64,000 nt of DNA, taken from NCBI GenBank assembly GCA_036785375.1, contig JAWMAR010000711.1, positions 496,001 to 560,000 of the forward strand, written 5' to 3'. The notes below the pieces were generated by a model, which was not told where the DNA came from, ran no database searches, and saw only the letters and a program-made list of their open reading frames with translations. This DNA comes from Leucoraja ocellata (taxonomy: Eukaryota). Every line of letters begins with the position of its first letter. Positions within the stretch are counted from its first letter, which is position 1. Of this stretch, positions 26,383 to 39,710 are shown in pieces. A program made the translations under genes and the position numbers.

Positions 26383-27244
26383 CTATGTCAGAGGAGGGAA
26401 AATTCTGTAATTGTAACTGTACCTGAAACAGTTTTCAACTAAAATGTTTTTCACTCTAATTTTTTCAGGTTACAATGCCACACAAGCAACAATTGACTCT
26501 ATTATATCAGAAATTGATGGTATTCTATTGAATATGAATGCTAAGACTGCAAGTCTTCCAACCAATCTACAAAATTGAACTCCTTGAACAAATGAGACAG
26601 AACTTGTTATTACCATTCAATCACAGTCACCTCCAAAAGATTGCCATTGTTTTCTGGCCCTTTACATTTTTGCACATTGAGTGATCTTAAATATAAAAGG
26701 GTACATTTTGCTATCACTGTATAACATGCTGTTATATTTCACAAGTCCAGCTCAAACCAGGTCTGATTGCATGGTTTAAACATGGAGTTGACTAGATTCA
26801 AGTGTAAAGAGATAGTGCTGTCAACACATACAACCACTGCTGTGAGAAGAAGGATCACAAACACTTCAATAATCTGTTTTTAAATATTGCAAGCTGCTAT
26901 GTCAGCTCCAGTCTGGTCCATTAGTCTAACCGTTCATATAAATAAATCTAAAATGTAAAACAAAAATTATAACACATTCAGCAAAGAATAAAGAAAGAAC
27001 CAATTTTATACAGTTTAAAAGTCCATTCAATAAAGAGAGCAACTTCAACAAGAGTAACAAATTTCTCCCTACATTGAGTATGAATTTAATTTCACTCATC
27101 TTAGGTATGCACAAATATCACACTCACCACTTTTAACCAACTCTCTCCCCCTGCAATCACCATCTCAACTACTTTAGTTTAACTTTCTGAACTTTTTATG
27201 CACACCTCAGAAAACTGAATCCTGATAATTATATTAAGTCAACA

Positions 27245-27552
27245 TCATAGAATCATGGCATGGAAACTGGTCCTTCAAGTCTACTGAATCTGTGCTGACT
27301 ACCAAGCACCCATTTATACCAATCTTTAAAAAAAAAACCCCTATAAACGCCCTCAAGGTTTTCCCACTCATCTACAAACTAGGGGCAATTTACAGTGGCC
27401 AATTAACGTAACAACTTGCATATCCCTGGGATGCAGGAGGGAAACAGAGCACCTAGAGGAAGTCCACATTGTCGGAGGAGCTCGTGCACACTCCACATGG
27501 ACAGCACCAGACATCAGGATTAAATCTAGGTTGCTAAAGTTGCACCACTGTG
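27245..27552 (-). mobile_element. Older SINE copy, same family
   Basis: Degenerate match to the 4535 and 12715 copies. Confidence 0.6.
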
Positions 27553-28271
27553 CAAGTCTTCTGAGCTTTCTGGCTAAGTTGTTAATGGATTTATGGTCTA
27601 AGGTATATATAAAATAAAACTAGATGCGAATTGCTCCTATGTTGCAGTCAGTAGTAAGGCAAGGGATTGAGCTAAAACTATGAATTGTGACACAAGGAAT
27701 GACAGATGCTGGCTGACCTGCTGAGTTACTCCAGCACTTTGTGTTTTGCTCGAAACGATTAATTATTTACCTGGAGATGGGCCAAAGATGCTTAAATTGG
27801 ACAGCATGTGAAGATAATGCACTACAGAAAGGTTTGGCCTCCTTTCTCTCAGAATTTATTCCGCACCAAGCAGGGAATCCCCTGATCTAATCTTTGTGTG
27901 CCTTGCTATGCGAAGTGAGAGAAAAGAAAAGGTGTGTTCAAGAGGAACGTAAATTACCATACATCACCATTTCTCCCTATAATTTGCAGATTCAATGTGG
28001 CAATAAGTATAAAGTGGCAAATGGGAGCTCTGTAACTTACGGTGTAAAGATTCATGACTAGATTCATTGGTCTGCAACATAGTAGAATGGTGCAACTTTG
28101 CACAACTCCAGTGACCCAGGTTCAGCCCTGGCCTACGTGCCATCTGCATATTTCCATGACTGCACTCCTCTGGGTTAGTTTCCCCCTCACATCCCAAAGA
28201 TGGGAACTTAGAAAAGAAATTGCAAGGGCTTGGTTGAATTCTTTGTATTATCGTTAGACACAGCTGAGGTG

Positions 28272-29243
28272 CCAGAGCACTGCAGTGATGCAGCTGATAG
28301 TGCCGCTGCCTCATAACACCAAGACAATAACACATAGACTAAGGTTCGATCCTGACCTCGGGTGCTGTTTATGTGAGGTTTGCTAGTTCTCCCTGTGACT
28401 GGATGGGTTTCCTCCGCCTGCTCTGGTTTCCTGCCACATCCCTAAGATGTGCGGGTTTGGACTTTAATTGGCCTCTAGAAATTGCCCCGAGTATGTTCGG
28501 AATGAACGAGAAAGTGGAATAACGTAGAACTAAGTGACGGATGATCAATAGTCGGAGATGGACACAAAAGCTGGTGTGACTCAGCGGGACAGGCAGCATC
28601 TCTGGAGAGAAGGAATGGACGACGTTTCGGGTCGAGACCCTGCTTCAGACTGATATCAGGGGAGGGGGTGGGACAAAGATAGAATGTAGTCGGAGACATT
28701 AAGACACGAGGGAGAACTGGGAAGCGGAAAGAGGATAGAGAGAGAAAGCAAGGGCTATCTGAAGTTAGAGAAGTCAATGTTTCTACCACTGGGGTGTAAA
28801 CTACCCAAGCGAAATATGAGGTGCTGTTCCTCTAATTTGCGCTGGGCCTCACTCTGGCAATGGAGGAGGCCCAGGACAGAAAGGTCAGATTGGGAATGGG
28901 AGCGCGAGTTGAAGTGCTGAGCCACTGGGAGATCAGATAGATTAGGACGGACTGAGCAGAGGTGTTCAGTGAAACATTTCAGACCGTTCCGTATCAGAAA
29001 GGGGGAGATCAGGGGGGATGGTGAACACAAGGCAAGGGTGGGGGTTGGGATTGGAGGAAGGCAATGAGTAGATGGAGGCCGAGGCGATGTCTGGTGGGTG
29101 TTCAGAGAGGAGGGGGGGCATGAGAACTATTGGATGGGTGGGGAGTAGCTGGGGTCACCTGGCTAAAAGGGGAAGGGGTCAATAGTCGGCTTAGACTCGA
29201 TGGGCCAAAAGGCCTGTTTCCGTGCTGTATCTAAAACAAAACT
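28272..29243 (+). mobile_element. tRNA-derived SINE split by a Penelope insertion (28272-28555 and 29179-29243)
   Basis: B-box 'ggttcgatcc' at ~28343, V-like core; the tail resumes after the insert. Confidence 0.75.
28556..29178 (-). mobile_element. Penelope-like element fragment inserted in a SINE
   Basis: ORF 28755..29030 (PVAQHFNS...RKLEEQHLIFRLGSLHP) matches the 10.8 kb copy; flanked by direct repeat TCAATAGTCGG. Confidence 0.85.
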
Positions 29244-30048
29244 GATGGCTAATACTCTGTCAATACTTAAGAAGGGCTGAAAGAAAAACCTGGGAACTGG
29301 AGATCAGTAAACCCAACATCTATGGTAGATAATTTATTGGAGGAGATTAAGATATACATGCATTTGTAAAGACAGGGGTTAATTAAGGATGTGTAGGAAG
29401 AAACTGCAGATGCGGGTTTAAACCGAAGATAGACACCAAAAGCTGGAGTAACAGGCAGGGTCTCTGGAGAGAAGGAAGAGTGATGTTTTGGGTCAACATC
29501 CTTCTTCAGACTATTAAGGATAGTTAGTCAGTACTGATTTGTGTGTGGGAGATTGTCTCTCACAATTTTTTTTAAAGAGGAAACCAAGAAAGTCAATGAG
29601 GGCACGGCCATAGACATAGTTTATATGGACTTCAGCAAAGTCTTTAAAAATATTCCACATGGTAGAGGTTTAGGTCAAACCGAGGCAAATAGGACTAGCC
29701 TAGATAGGCATCTGATAAGCACAGCCTATTTCTGTGATATATATCAGAATATTTGTAGGAAATAGGTGGGGAAATGGGATTGATGAGACTGGTCGAGAGA
29801 TTCAATGGGTTTGAATGGTTTCATTCTATGTCATAATGAAGTATGATTAGGTGAAATGTGGCAACAGAAACTGTTCCCAAGAAGTTTCCAATACTTAAAC
29901 AAGAACAGAATTATTTTTAAATGTGACCCATTATCATTATTTTAAGTGTTTTGGTTTATTAATCACTCGTAAACATGCATAGCATTTAAGCATCTGCACG
30001 TATGAGCTTGATTACTCTGTATGCCTTTATTTGTATTTAAAAATGTCA

Positions 30049-30342
<294 letters not shown>

Positions 30343-33300
30343 TTAGCTAACATGCAGAATTCTGTAAATTACATCTTTTAGCTTGCTTGGAACTATCAGC
30401 TAAAAGGGATTAACTATTGCTGACTTTAAAACTAATCCGAGGGCAGAATCTTGGAATTAACAAGCAACCACACGCTTGTTGGACCTCATACAGAGATATT
30501 TCAAAATTTAGCAATCTTAAGAAATAAATCTATATTATCCTAAAATGACTGCAAATTAATCCTGATGTTTCTGATATTTCTATGTTAGAAGAAAGCCAAA
30601 ATAATTGTCCTGAATAGAGAAAAGCATTTAGCTCATATTATGCAATAAAGTAATACTTCTTGGGATGTCACTCACAAATTCCAACTGTACAACTGCTTTC
30701 AGTCATTTATTTTATATCTGCAGTGATTCCAAATAATGAACTAGATTTGGGATATCTTTTAGAATTTGGTGCTGTCTGTAATATTTCCTCTGGACAATTC
30801 ACCATACATTGTATGATATGCTGCTGCTCAATTCCAAGAATTCTCTTCAAAAATCTATAAAAATCCTGAACATGATTAGTAACTTACCTTTACAGTGAAA
30901 TCAATTGTCATAAAAAATAAGTATATTATTACAACACTAGTATGTAACAGGGATAAAATTCAAATAGAATGTTTTAACGTGGCAATGGACTCAAGTAGCA
31001 CAGAAATAGGCCCTTCATCCCAACTCAACCATGCTATATTTAACCATATCCCTCTAAACACTTCCTCTCAATATAAATATCCATACGTGATTTCAAATGC
31101 AGACAAGCTAACAAGTTTTCCAAACATCCCCATTCTGACTTAAATAATGTTGCTACTGTCCTGTGGCTTGTTATCTAGCACCTCCTGCTACTGCTATGGT
31201 TACGTTATTGGACTAACATTTAGAATTCTGGACCTGGAGTTTGAATTCAAGCATTGCATTTGCAGAACTAAAATCCACACAATTAATTAAACCTATAATT
31301 TAAAACAAGTCAGCAACTGTGAGTGTGAAACTACTGAATTGTAAAATAATGCTTATGCAATTCACAAAAGGAAACCTGTCATATTAATGCAGTCTTGGCA
31401 ATTTGTGATTTCCAATTTTACTTCCTCAGTTCAGGGGCAATTGAGGATGGACAATAAATGCTGCCACTGCCAGCGACATCCACATCCAATAAATGATTGT
31501 GAAAAATATCTATGCTTTGATTTTTAATACTATTTCAGTCTAGTTCAACTCAAACTTCAGAAATAGTGTTCAAACTTAAGTGTTAAAAATATCTACTCCA
31601 TTGCACATTCCTTGTTTGGTGAATAATTACAGAATCAACTGTGGTAGCTCACCAGAACTCTGGATACTCAGCATCCTACTAATTTTAGAATTTCATCATC
31701 ACATTCCTTCTCTTTTCATCCATTCATGGTCCATTTTCTACCTTCCACTTTGCATTTGTTTTGGCCATCTATCCTCTTCTAAAACTTATGATTTTTTTGT
31801 ATCAACCAATATCCTTAAATTTTTTTAAATCTTTTAAATAATTGTTTACATGCCACTAATGAGAAATATGTTAGTTTGAACTTTTCCCGTAATTCCTTCT
31901 TACTGCATTTGTTAGTCCATTTAAGGGATCTTTTTTCTCTAATTCTGATAAAGGTTATCAACACAAAACCTTAACCTATTTTTTGCTTCTGTGAGGTGCA
32001 GATATAGCTATGCATTAAAGCCTTCACTGTTTTAAGAACACATTCGCTATGCAGCCAGAGGCAAAAACTAGACATGACTCAATACAGAGAGCTACTTATC
32101 CTGAAAGAAATTCATCACAGCCCTTTGTATGGATATTTGGTGAAATTTTAAATCCATTTCCACAAGGCATCATTTAGAAGTCAATTCAGCCAGCTTGATC
32201 AATTCCCAAGGATCCAGATTAGGGCTGAAGGAACAAAGTATCAGGCCAACATGAGATGTTTCAACTATTAATCACTTGTCAAAGGCAATGAATTTATTTA
32301 GCATTGTTAATGCCACAGAATGTTGGAGAGGCTTTACATTAAGTTTATTGACCAAATAATTCGATAAAGATTTTTAAGTCAAGGAGCTTCTTCAAGAATC
32401 GATAGATTGAGGAAGCATAGTAGAAATAGATCTCCAAAGCTTGGAATTGAGGTCGCTGCCATTTGTGGTGGGCATGAAGGTAGAATTAGAAGAATGTTTA
32501 GCAGTGAGGGGGCAATAGATAAGAAATTAGAAAGGAGGAGGCATTCACTTGGGAAGGAGAATACTGAAGCATCATACCGATCCAGAAAGTTAGGACAGTT
32601 CCTCCATACCTACAGATAATTTCCTTCCCCAACTCATTATTGGTATTCTTTGAACACTGAAGTTGCATCGAAGAAGACAGAAATGCTCACCAAAATGATA
32701 AATGGAATGAGCTACAAGGAGTTTAGATGGTTCAGTGGATTAACTCAAGAATCAATATTGGAAAAGGGAAAGAAAATCTGTTTTCACCACTACTAAAAAG
32801 GTGGGTAACAAACTCAAGTTCTAAAGACTTCTATATGAATAATTTCCAAGAATGCTGCGATATTGGACCCATCGCCCCACCTATTTTTCTCACTATACGT
32901 AAGATGTGCCTCACAAATATAACCACAAGCTCAGTTGCCAAAATATGATGACATTATAATTGTACTTTGTGAAAGAACTTAGATTATTCCAATTGGACAG
33001 TTAATCAATGCTGTAATCAAGTAACCTAGAGAACTAAGTCCTGGCAATATGCCAAGATTGTAAAGTTATTAAAGGCAAGGCAGTCCAGATCCTTTCTATT
33101 GTGTGGGGACACGAAAATTAAAGCTGAGCCACTAGGTGTCAGGGTTACCGTGCGAGATGAATGATTGACTCTACAAATGTTGTGAAACCAGGTGCCAAGA
33201 TATGTGCAACTCCAGAAATTCTCCAGAGGCCTTTATTTCGAAACTCCCACAATGCAAAGCATTGTAACGTTTGCACGCAATACGTCCATGATCCCGTCTG

Positions 33301-36300
33301 CGCTCACAATACACACAATATGATCATGGCTGATCATCCAAATATTGAAATACATTATTCCCACATTCTATTCACATTGCCTGGATCTTCCAAAGTTGGG
33401 ATTTAGGTGTAGGAAGCCAACCAGAGGAAATCCCCAGAGATTTTCCTCACTTCTCTATTTTCAGCATTTCTCCGGGTTAGAATTCCGAGGCTGGGAATCC
33501 AAGTTGTACAGATATTTAGCTACATTATGGAACAACACTTTGATGCATTCACAGTTACACCAGCCAGTCAGCTTCTTGTTTATTTACATAGATCAGCTCG
33601 AATATTTCAAATTTGGAATCATGACAAATAGCTTTTGATGTTTCCCAAATCGTGCTTCCCACCACTCAGCTTTCTTTTCTCCCTATGATATCATTTTGCA
33701 TATTTCTTAAGGTGTGTAAGAAGATCGTGATCCATTCTCTACCTTTTATTCTTTACCAATTTACTTTATAATACTTTGTGGTCATTATAAAACAAAGCAA
33801 AACATGAGTTCATTTCCAAAGGAATAGTATTGAAGGGCAGTAATGTTCTGCATCGGATCTTGGATGAACCTTACATTAGCCTTATAATAAAAACATGTGG
33901 TCGCCATTTGAACCATTGGATCCATGCAGCTTGCCGTGAGCAATTCCATTAGTCCCGTTTTCCCCATTACCTTACTTTGATGTATCCCTGCAATGTGTTC
34001 ACTCTCACATCTTCCCATCAACTCCCCTTTGATTCTTTTTGCTATTAACCTGCACTAAGGAGTAATATATAATGAATGAACCTACCAGCACACTTTGGGG
34101 TTTCAAAGGAAATTGAAGCACTCCGAGGAAACTTGCAATCATGGAAATAATGTGCAAAATGGCCCAAAAGCACCTAAGATTTTCATATCTATTGAACCTC
34201 CAAGGTCAAAGGAGTTGTGATGTAACAGTTAGTGCTGTTACCTCACCACACATCTCCAACTTGTGCACAGTGAATCAATTTTTTATTTTATAAAAAATAC
34301 AATGGAAACGAGGTTTACCAGAATGAGTGCAGAATTGAAAAGTTACATCCATCTGGAAAGACTTAGTAGACTGAAGTTTTTTAAATTCTAATAAGGATAT
34401 GACGAAGAGGTGATCGTGGTTTGATAAAGTTTGTCAGGGAAGTCATTATGAGGTTTTCCATTGCAAGGTAGACCAGGGACAAAGGTAATAAGTGCATGTT
34501 AAATGGCAAGAGGACTAACCATACAATTCCTTCTCTGTCATTTAGTAAGATCCTGGCTGATCATTTACTTCAACTGTACTTTTCTGCTATACCTGTTCAT
34601 TTCTTTGAATACAAGTGGCCACTAATGAATCCAATATACGATTCAGGAGTAATGTTATCAGCTCAAATCAGGTAAGAGCTTGAAATAGTTCATGGAAAAT
34701 GCATAGATGCATTTAAAGAGGTCAGATGATGGATCGAAAGACTGGAAGGATATATTGCTGGATATATGGATGGGAGATGTGGACCAGTTGGCTGAATGGA
34801 CTGTAAATATTAGTTATACTTCCCATGTAAGAGTTACGATGTAGGTCCCTCAAGCCAGCTCTGCTATGCAATGCTATAATTGATACTGCTTCAAGTCTAC
34901 ATTCCTACCTGCTCACCACATTCCTTTATTCCCGAGTGAATAAAATCCACTCTCAGCCATATTCTGAGCATCCACAACCTTTTAAGATGGGGAACGCAAA
35001 GATGCGCAGTCTCTTTTGTGAAGAACTTTCTCACCTATAAATTGCTGGCGTTTATCTCGGGAAATGGACACAGCTCTGCAACTAGGGGAACCAATTTATC
35101 TGTACCTACCTATCAATCCATTTCAGATTTTAATAAATCCCAATGTTATTACTTCTTCTCAACTCTTGAGAGCCCATGAAGTGAATGTAGTCCAGTTCTA
35201 TCTGATCTTTCATGAGAACATCCTTGCCCTCACATTCTAGGTATTGTTCCAGTGAACCAATATTCCATTACTCCGAAGGCATTTTTCTTTTCACATGGAC
35301 ATTAAAATCCAAAACAACTCCAGACTTGGTTTTACTAAATCCTATGTAGTGGTGTTGCAAGGCTTCTTTATTCTTGTATTAAAACTGTCTCCATCTCACC
35401 TCTCAATAAAGGGCAACCTGGCATTTGTCTTCCTAACTTCTCTCCATCACTGCAGGCTAACTTTGTTAATTTACATCTCCCACCTTATACAGATTATACT
35501 TAAGAACCTGACTGAAATTGTTAAATCATCACCCTTCAGAGTTTGTTTTTTTCCTTTTGCTTATCTCTTGCAGAAGCATCAGTAACGTAAGGAAAGGGAG
35601 AAACATAGAATATGGAAACATAGAAAATAGGTGCAGGAGTAGGCCATTCGGCCCTTCCAGCCAGCACCGCCTTTCAATATGATCATGGCTGATCATCCAA
35701 AATCAGTTCCTGCTTTTTCCACATATCCCTTGATTCCATTTCAGGTGCCTTGATTTGGATTAGTGAAACTAACTGCTATTTTGTGAAGTTTTTGTGGAAT
35801 TTGTATAGTTACTGCAGTAGGGAAACAAGCATAACTTCTGAGAGAGGTGGAAAATGGATATTCAGTGTCAAACACATTGCTTTTGCATATTCTGGCAATT
35901 TAGGGAGATTTATATAAAACAACATATTTTTTTTGGAAATGCAATATCCTCCACAAACCCACTCCCTCAATTTTACTATATTTTGGGGAGCTGTAACAGT
36001 ATAAAGCAGACAATTGTGTTACAATATATTTAATTGACCCAAATGATTAGTAGAGACATATACGTATTCTTAGAAATTGCAGCTGGAAAAATCCATGAAA
36101 AAATTCCTATATTCGTAAATTCTGAATTTATTACTAGACTTTGAATATTAATTAATCTATTTATTGGTTTAAAAAAGACATACTCATCTCTCTTTAATTC
36201 TTTGAAGCGGCATCTTAAAAACTGGAAACGCGGATATTACTGATTGTGTAAATTACGTCTGCATTTATGTGCGTGAATTTGGAAAGGATAGAACACAGTA

Positions 36301-36623
36301 TAACGTTCGTTCCTTAATGCTGAGGTCCATCCCAACAATCTAGCAGCCGTCCAGAACTACATCAGATCAGAATAAATTGGGAGGAATAATCTAAAGGGAG
36401 TCTAATTTTTTCTGAAGCATTGTTGAATTATACTGCATACGGTATATTGCTGATAGGAAGATTTTCAAATTTAGGTAAAACTAAGGCAAGTAAATAAAAG
36501 CATTCTAGGTCATTTTATCCAGGTATTAAAAGTAGTATCAGAATTAACTTGGTGCCCAAGAGGAAAAGGGAAGTGCCTCAGCCAGTTGCAGTTTGGTCCT
36601 GGCACCAGCTAATCTCTGGTTCA

Positions 36624-36791
<168 letters not shown>

Positions 36792-39680
36792 CTATAGGCG
36801 AATGAAGGTAGAGAACAACTTTCCATGTTTAGATATTGTGCCATATGACTATCATTTAAAATAGCGTCAATCTCAATTGTCAGGGTATCCAGCTAATTAT
36901 ATATAGTAGCTTATTAAGAGTAAACTTCCTAAAATTTATTTAAAATTGAATTGGAGCAATTATTGGTGGTGAATTTGATTTTGATGCTTCTATGTGCCTC
37001 AGTGTTAGTAAATCACTTATTTCATAATATGTCAGAATTATTATACGTAATAATTGTAATTTTATGAATTAAGTGATTATGGAGATGTGGAGATGGTATA
37101 TTAAACTAAAAAAAAATGTAATTTAGTCACAATCACAGCTAAGCCTCATCCTGTCATATACAGCTCGGGTATGAAGGTTCAGACAATATACAAGATCATT
37201 CTTTAGAGTGGCATCTTAACGATGTTTGTATCACCTCAGCCTTCTGTGCAACCTAGAATGGTGCAAGTGTTTTAAAGCCTGAAAGCTTTAGGTTAATTTA
37301 ATATGAACTCCATTTGGTTTAGTACTGTGAAACTATGTTAATTAAAAATGGAAATAGATATTTTGGGTATAAGTTTAACTGAAAGCAATTTGATATTCAG
37401 CACAAAGAGATCACCTGTTGCCTGTTCGGCAGTTCAGAGAAATAAGAAGGTAGAGCTCTAACTCAATTTGGCATTCACCTGAGTTTAAGTGGCTTATTTG
37501 TTGACACTCTTTCCGAAATTTCTTTATGTACATTGTGTTACTTACATCAATGGATTAAAAGCTTGTCAAAATGACAGGCATACAAATTATCAACAAGAAC
37601 AACTCAACTAAAAGTCTAACCCAGTGAGACTTGAATCTTAACTGGGAACATTTGAATTACTCATGGCAAGTTTATTCCAAAGAAGACAACTGCGGGAATA
37701 TTTGATGTGACCGAACAATAATTTATGTCCAGCAGTAAAATAAAAAGAGGCAGTAATATAATTAAAAATAATTAAATGGGTGATTGCTCGGTGCTGAAGA
37801 GGAAAATTGAGCATAAATACATGGCAGTAGGACGAGGATGACTGTGGCATTTGTTAGGCCAGATTGATTTTTCAATCACAATTTAGGTGCAGAATGAGAT
37901 ATGATCATAATTCCATTTATTAATATAGGACCAGGAAGCAGCCAGATGTAAGCATGGCAATAGATTCAATTGAAGGGCAGGGCGCAAGGGAGGTAAGCAG
38001 GAGCAAAGCGCCCCACCCAATGAAATGTAAAACAATTCTATGGACATTTGTCCTATAATGTTAAGGTGTACCATCTAAAAGCCAGTAAATTAAAAATGCA
38101 CACCCTCTTGAGGCACTGATATAGATAGAATTTGCTGCAATTTCCATGACAACTGTGTATGTGAACATACTCCAAGGATGTTACTTGTAAGGTTTGCTAG
38201 AAAGTGTAAGGGGGAGCCTTGCTGAAAGTTCAAAACATTCACCATCTCTATAGCAAAAGAGAAACGATTGACACATTGAAAGCAGCTCTTGCAGAATGCT
38301 GCACTATAGTGAGGGGGAGAAATGGCAGCACTGCAAAGTAGAACTCTCCAATTTCAGCAATGCTGTATTAATATGTAGCTTTAATGTTTGTTTTGGTAAC
38401 AATGCTGTGTTAATGTAGTTGAATGGGATTTTTAATTCTTTATATGAAACACCATCGGGTGTAAGAAAAACTGCATGTGACTTCTTACTATTGTTTTTAC
38501 ATTTATAAATCATGTCCACATGATTAAATTTATTAAAAATGGACATGTTCGCAAACACATTGCTGATTTGGGTTTAAAGACAGTAAAAAAAAAACTACTT
38601 AGTGAGAGGTGATGGAGAAAATGATGGTGATTATTTTCTCCCCAGAAACAATGACATCAATTTTGAATTTGACAAACACATCATCATGGTAATTTATTTC
38701 ACTGACGTTTTAAATGTTGGAAACAACAGCCTCACTACTCTTCTTACAAGGACTATCAATGAATCAGTCACACGCAAATGCCTCTGTAAAGGTTTGCGTT
38801 TGAGATCCTTGTTCTTTTATGTGACAAATTTGAAAGGGATTGTGTTATGTCACTTGAGGAGGTTCTTGAAACAGAAACAAATCTCAAGGATTTGAATCAG
38901 TGGCTCTTCAGCCACACGACAGCTTCTGACATGGTCATCAGCAATACTGCATACATTAAGTCAGAAACTGAGTACTTCAGATATCTAGCTCTCTGCCTCT
39001 AATCTCTGGAGGCAGACTGACAGGGAAATGTTTTGACGTCATAGCTCTCAAAATTCCATGTTGATATTCTGAGATTTGAATTAATTTAGAAATGTTACAT
39101 GGCAGATATTTTATATTCAAAAACCTTCTTCAAAATTGTGCAGAAACAGTCTGACAGGTTGAGATATTCTGGTATGAAACCATCAAATAGAATTGGAAGA
39201 AGTGAGAAACAGGAAAAGGAAGGGGTTACTGGATTTTCAGTGGTTTTATTTGCAGGGAGGCAGCTACTGCAATTTATTAAAAATAAAAGCAAAGAACATA
39301 TCCTTAACACCGACCAATGAACTTCACATCCAATAGATTATTCCTGGAGCACTGCTATAAATGTAATATCATTAATTTGGTGACCGATTGCAGATAATTA
39401 ACATTTGATCCAATTAATTGGGGCAGAAAATAACATGATAATCATGGCATCAATAGTGGTTAAAAGGGACTAGGTATATCCATATTGTCCCCTTTCCATC
39501 TGATCCAAAAGATATATCACTGAATCACAATTTAGTGTTACTGTTTACCAAATAAGTTGTCCTCTACAACAATCCTATTGGTTGCTTTCATCAGGGGTAA
39601 AGAAAGAAAAGCACATGAATCTTTCATGCTGTCCAGAATGAACTGGATGGGGGCAAACAAAAACAAATCAAATCGTGTAC

Positions 39681-39710
39681 CTCGAGGACGACTTGGGAGT
39701 GTTTGGCAAC
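39681..39710 (-). CDS. TANC2: TANC2 30-nt frame-preserving microexon (GCQTLPSRPR) between the ankyrin and TPR regions, probably alternative
   Basis: Minus strand reads cactgacaag|GTTGCCAAACACTCCCAAGTCGTCCTCGAG|gtacac; symmetric phase 1/1 matches both flanking exons; long polypyrimidine tract; peptide matches the 10-aa insert I recall in a mammalian TANC2 isoform (from memory). Confidence 0.85.

Noticed and set aside
39034-39041. Perfect CRE palindrome TGACGTCA and a small hairpin at ~38992-39017
   Set aside because: A single 8-mer and an 8-bp stem are expected by chance in 64 kb; no independent support.
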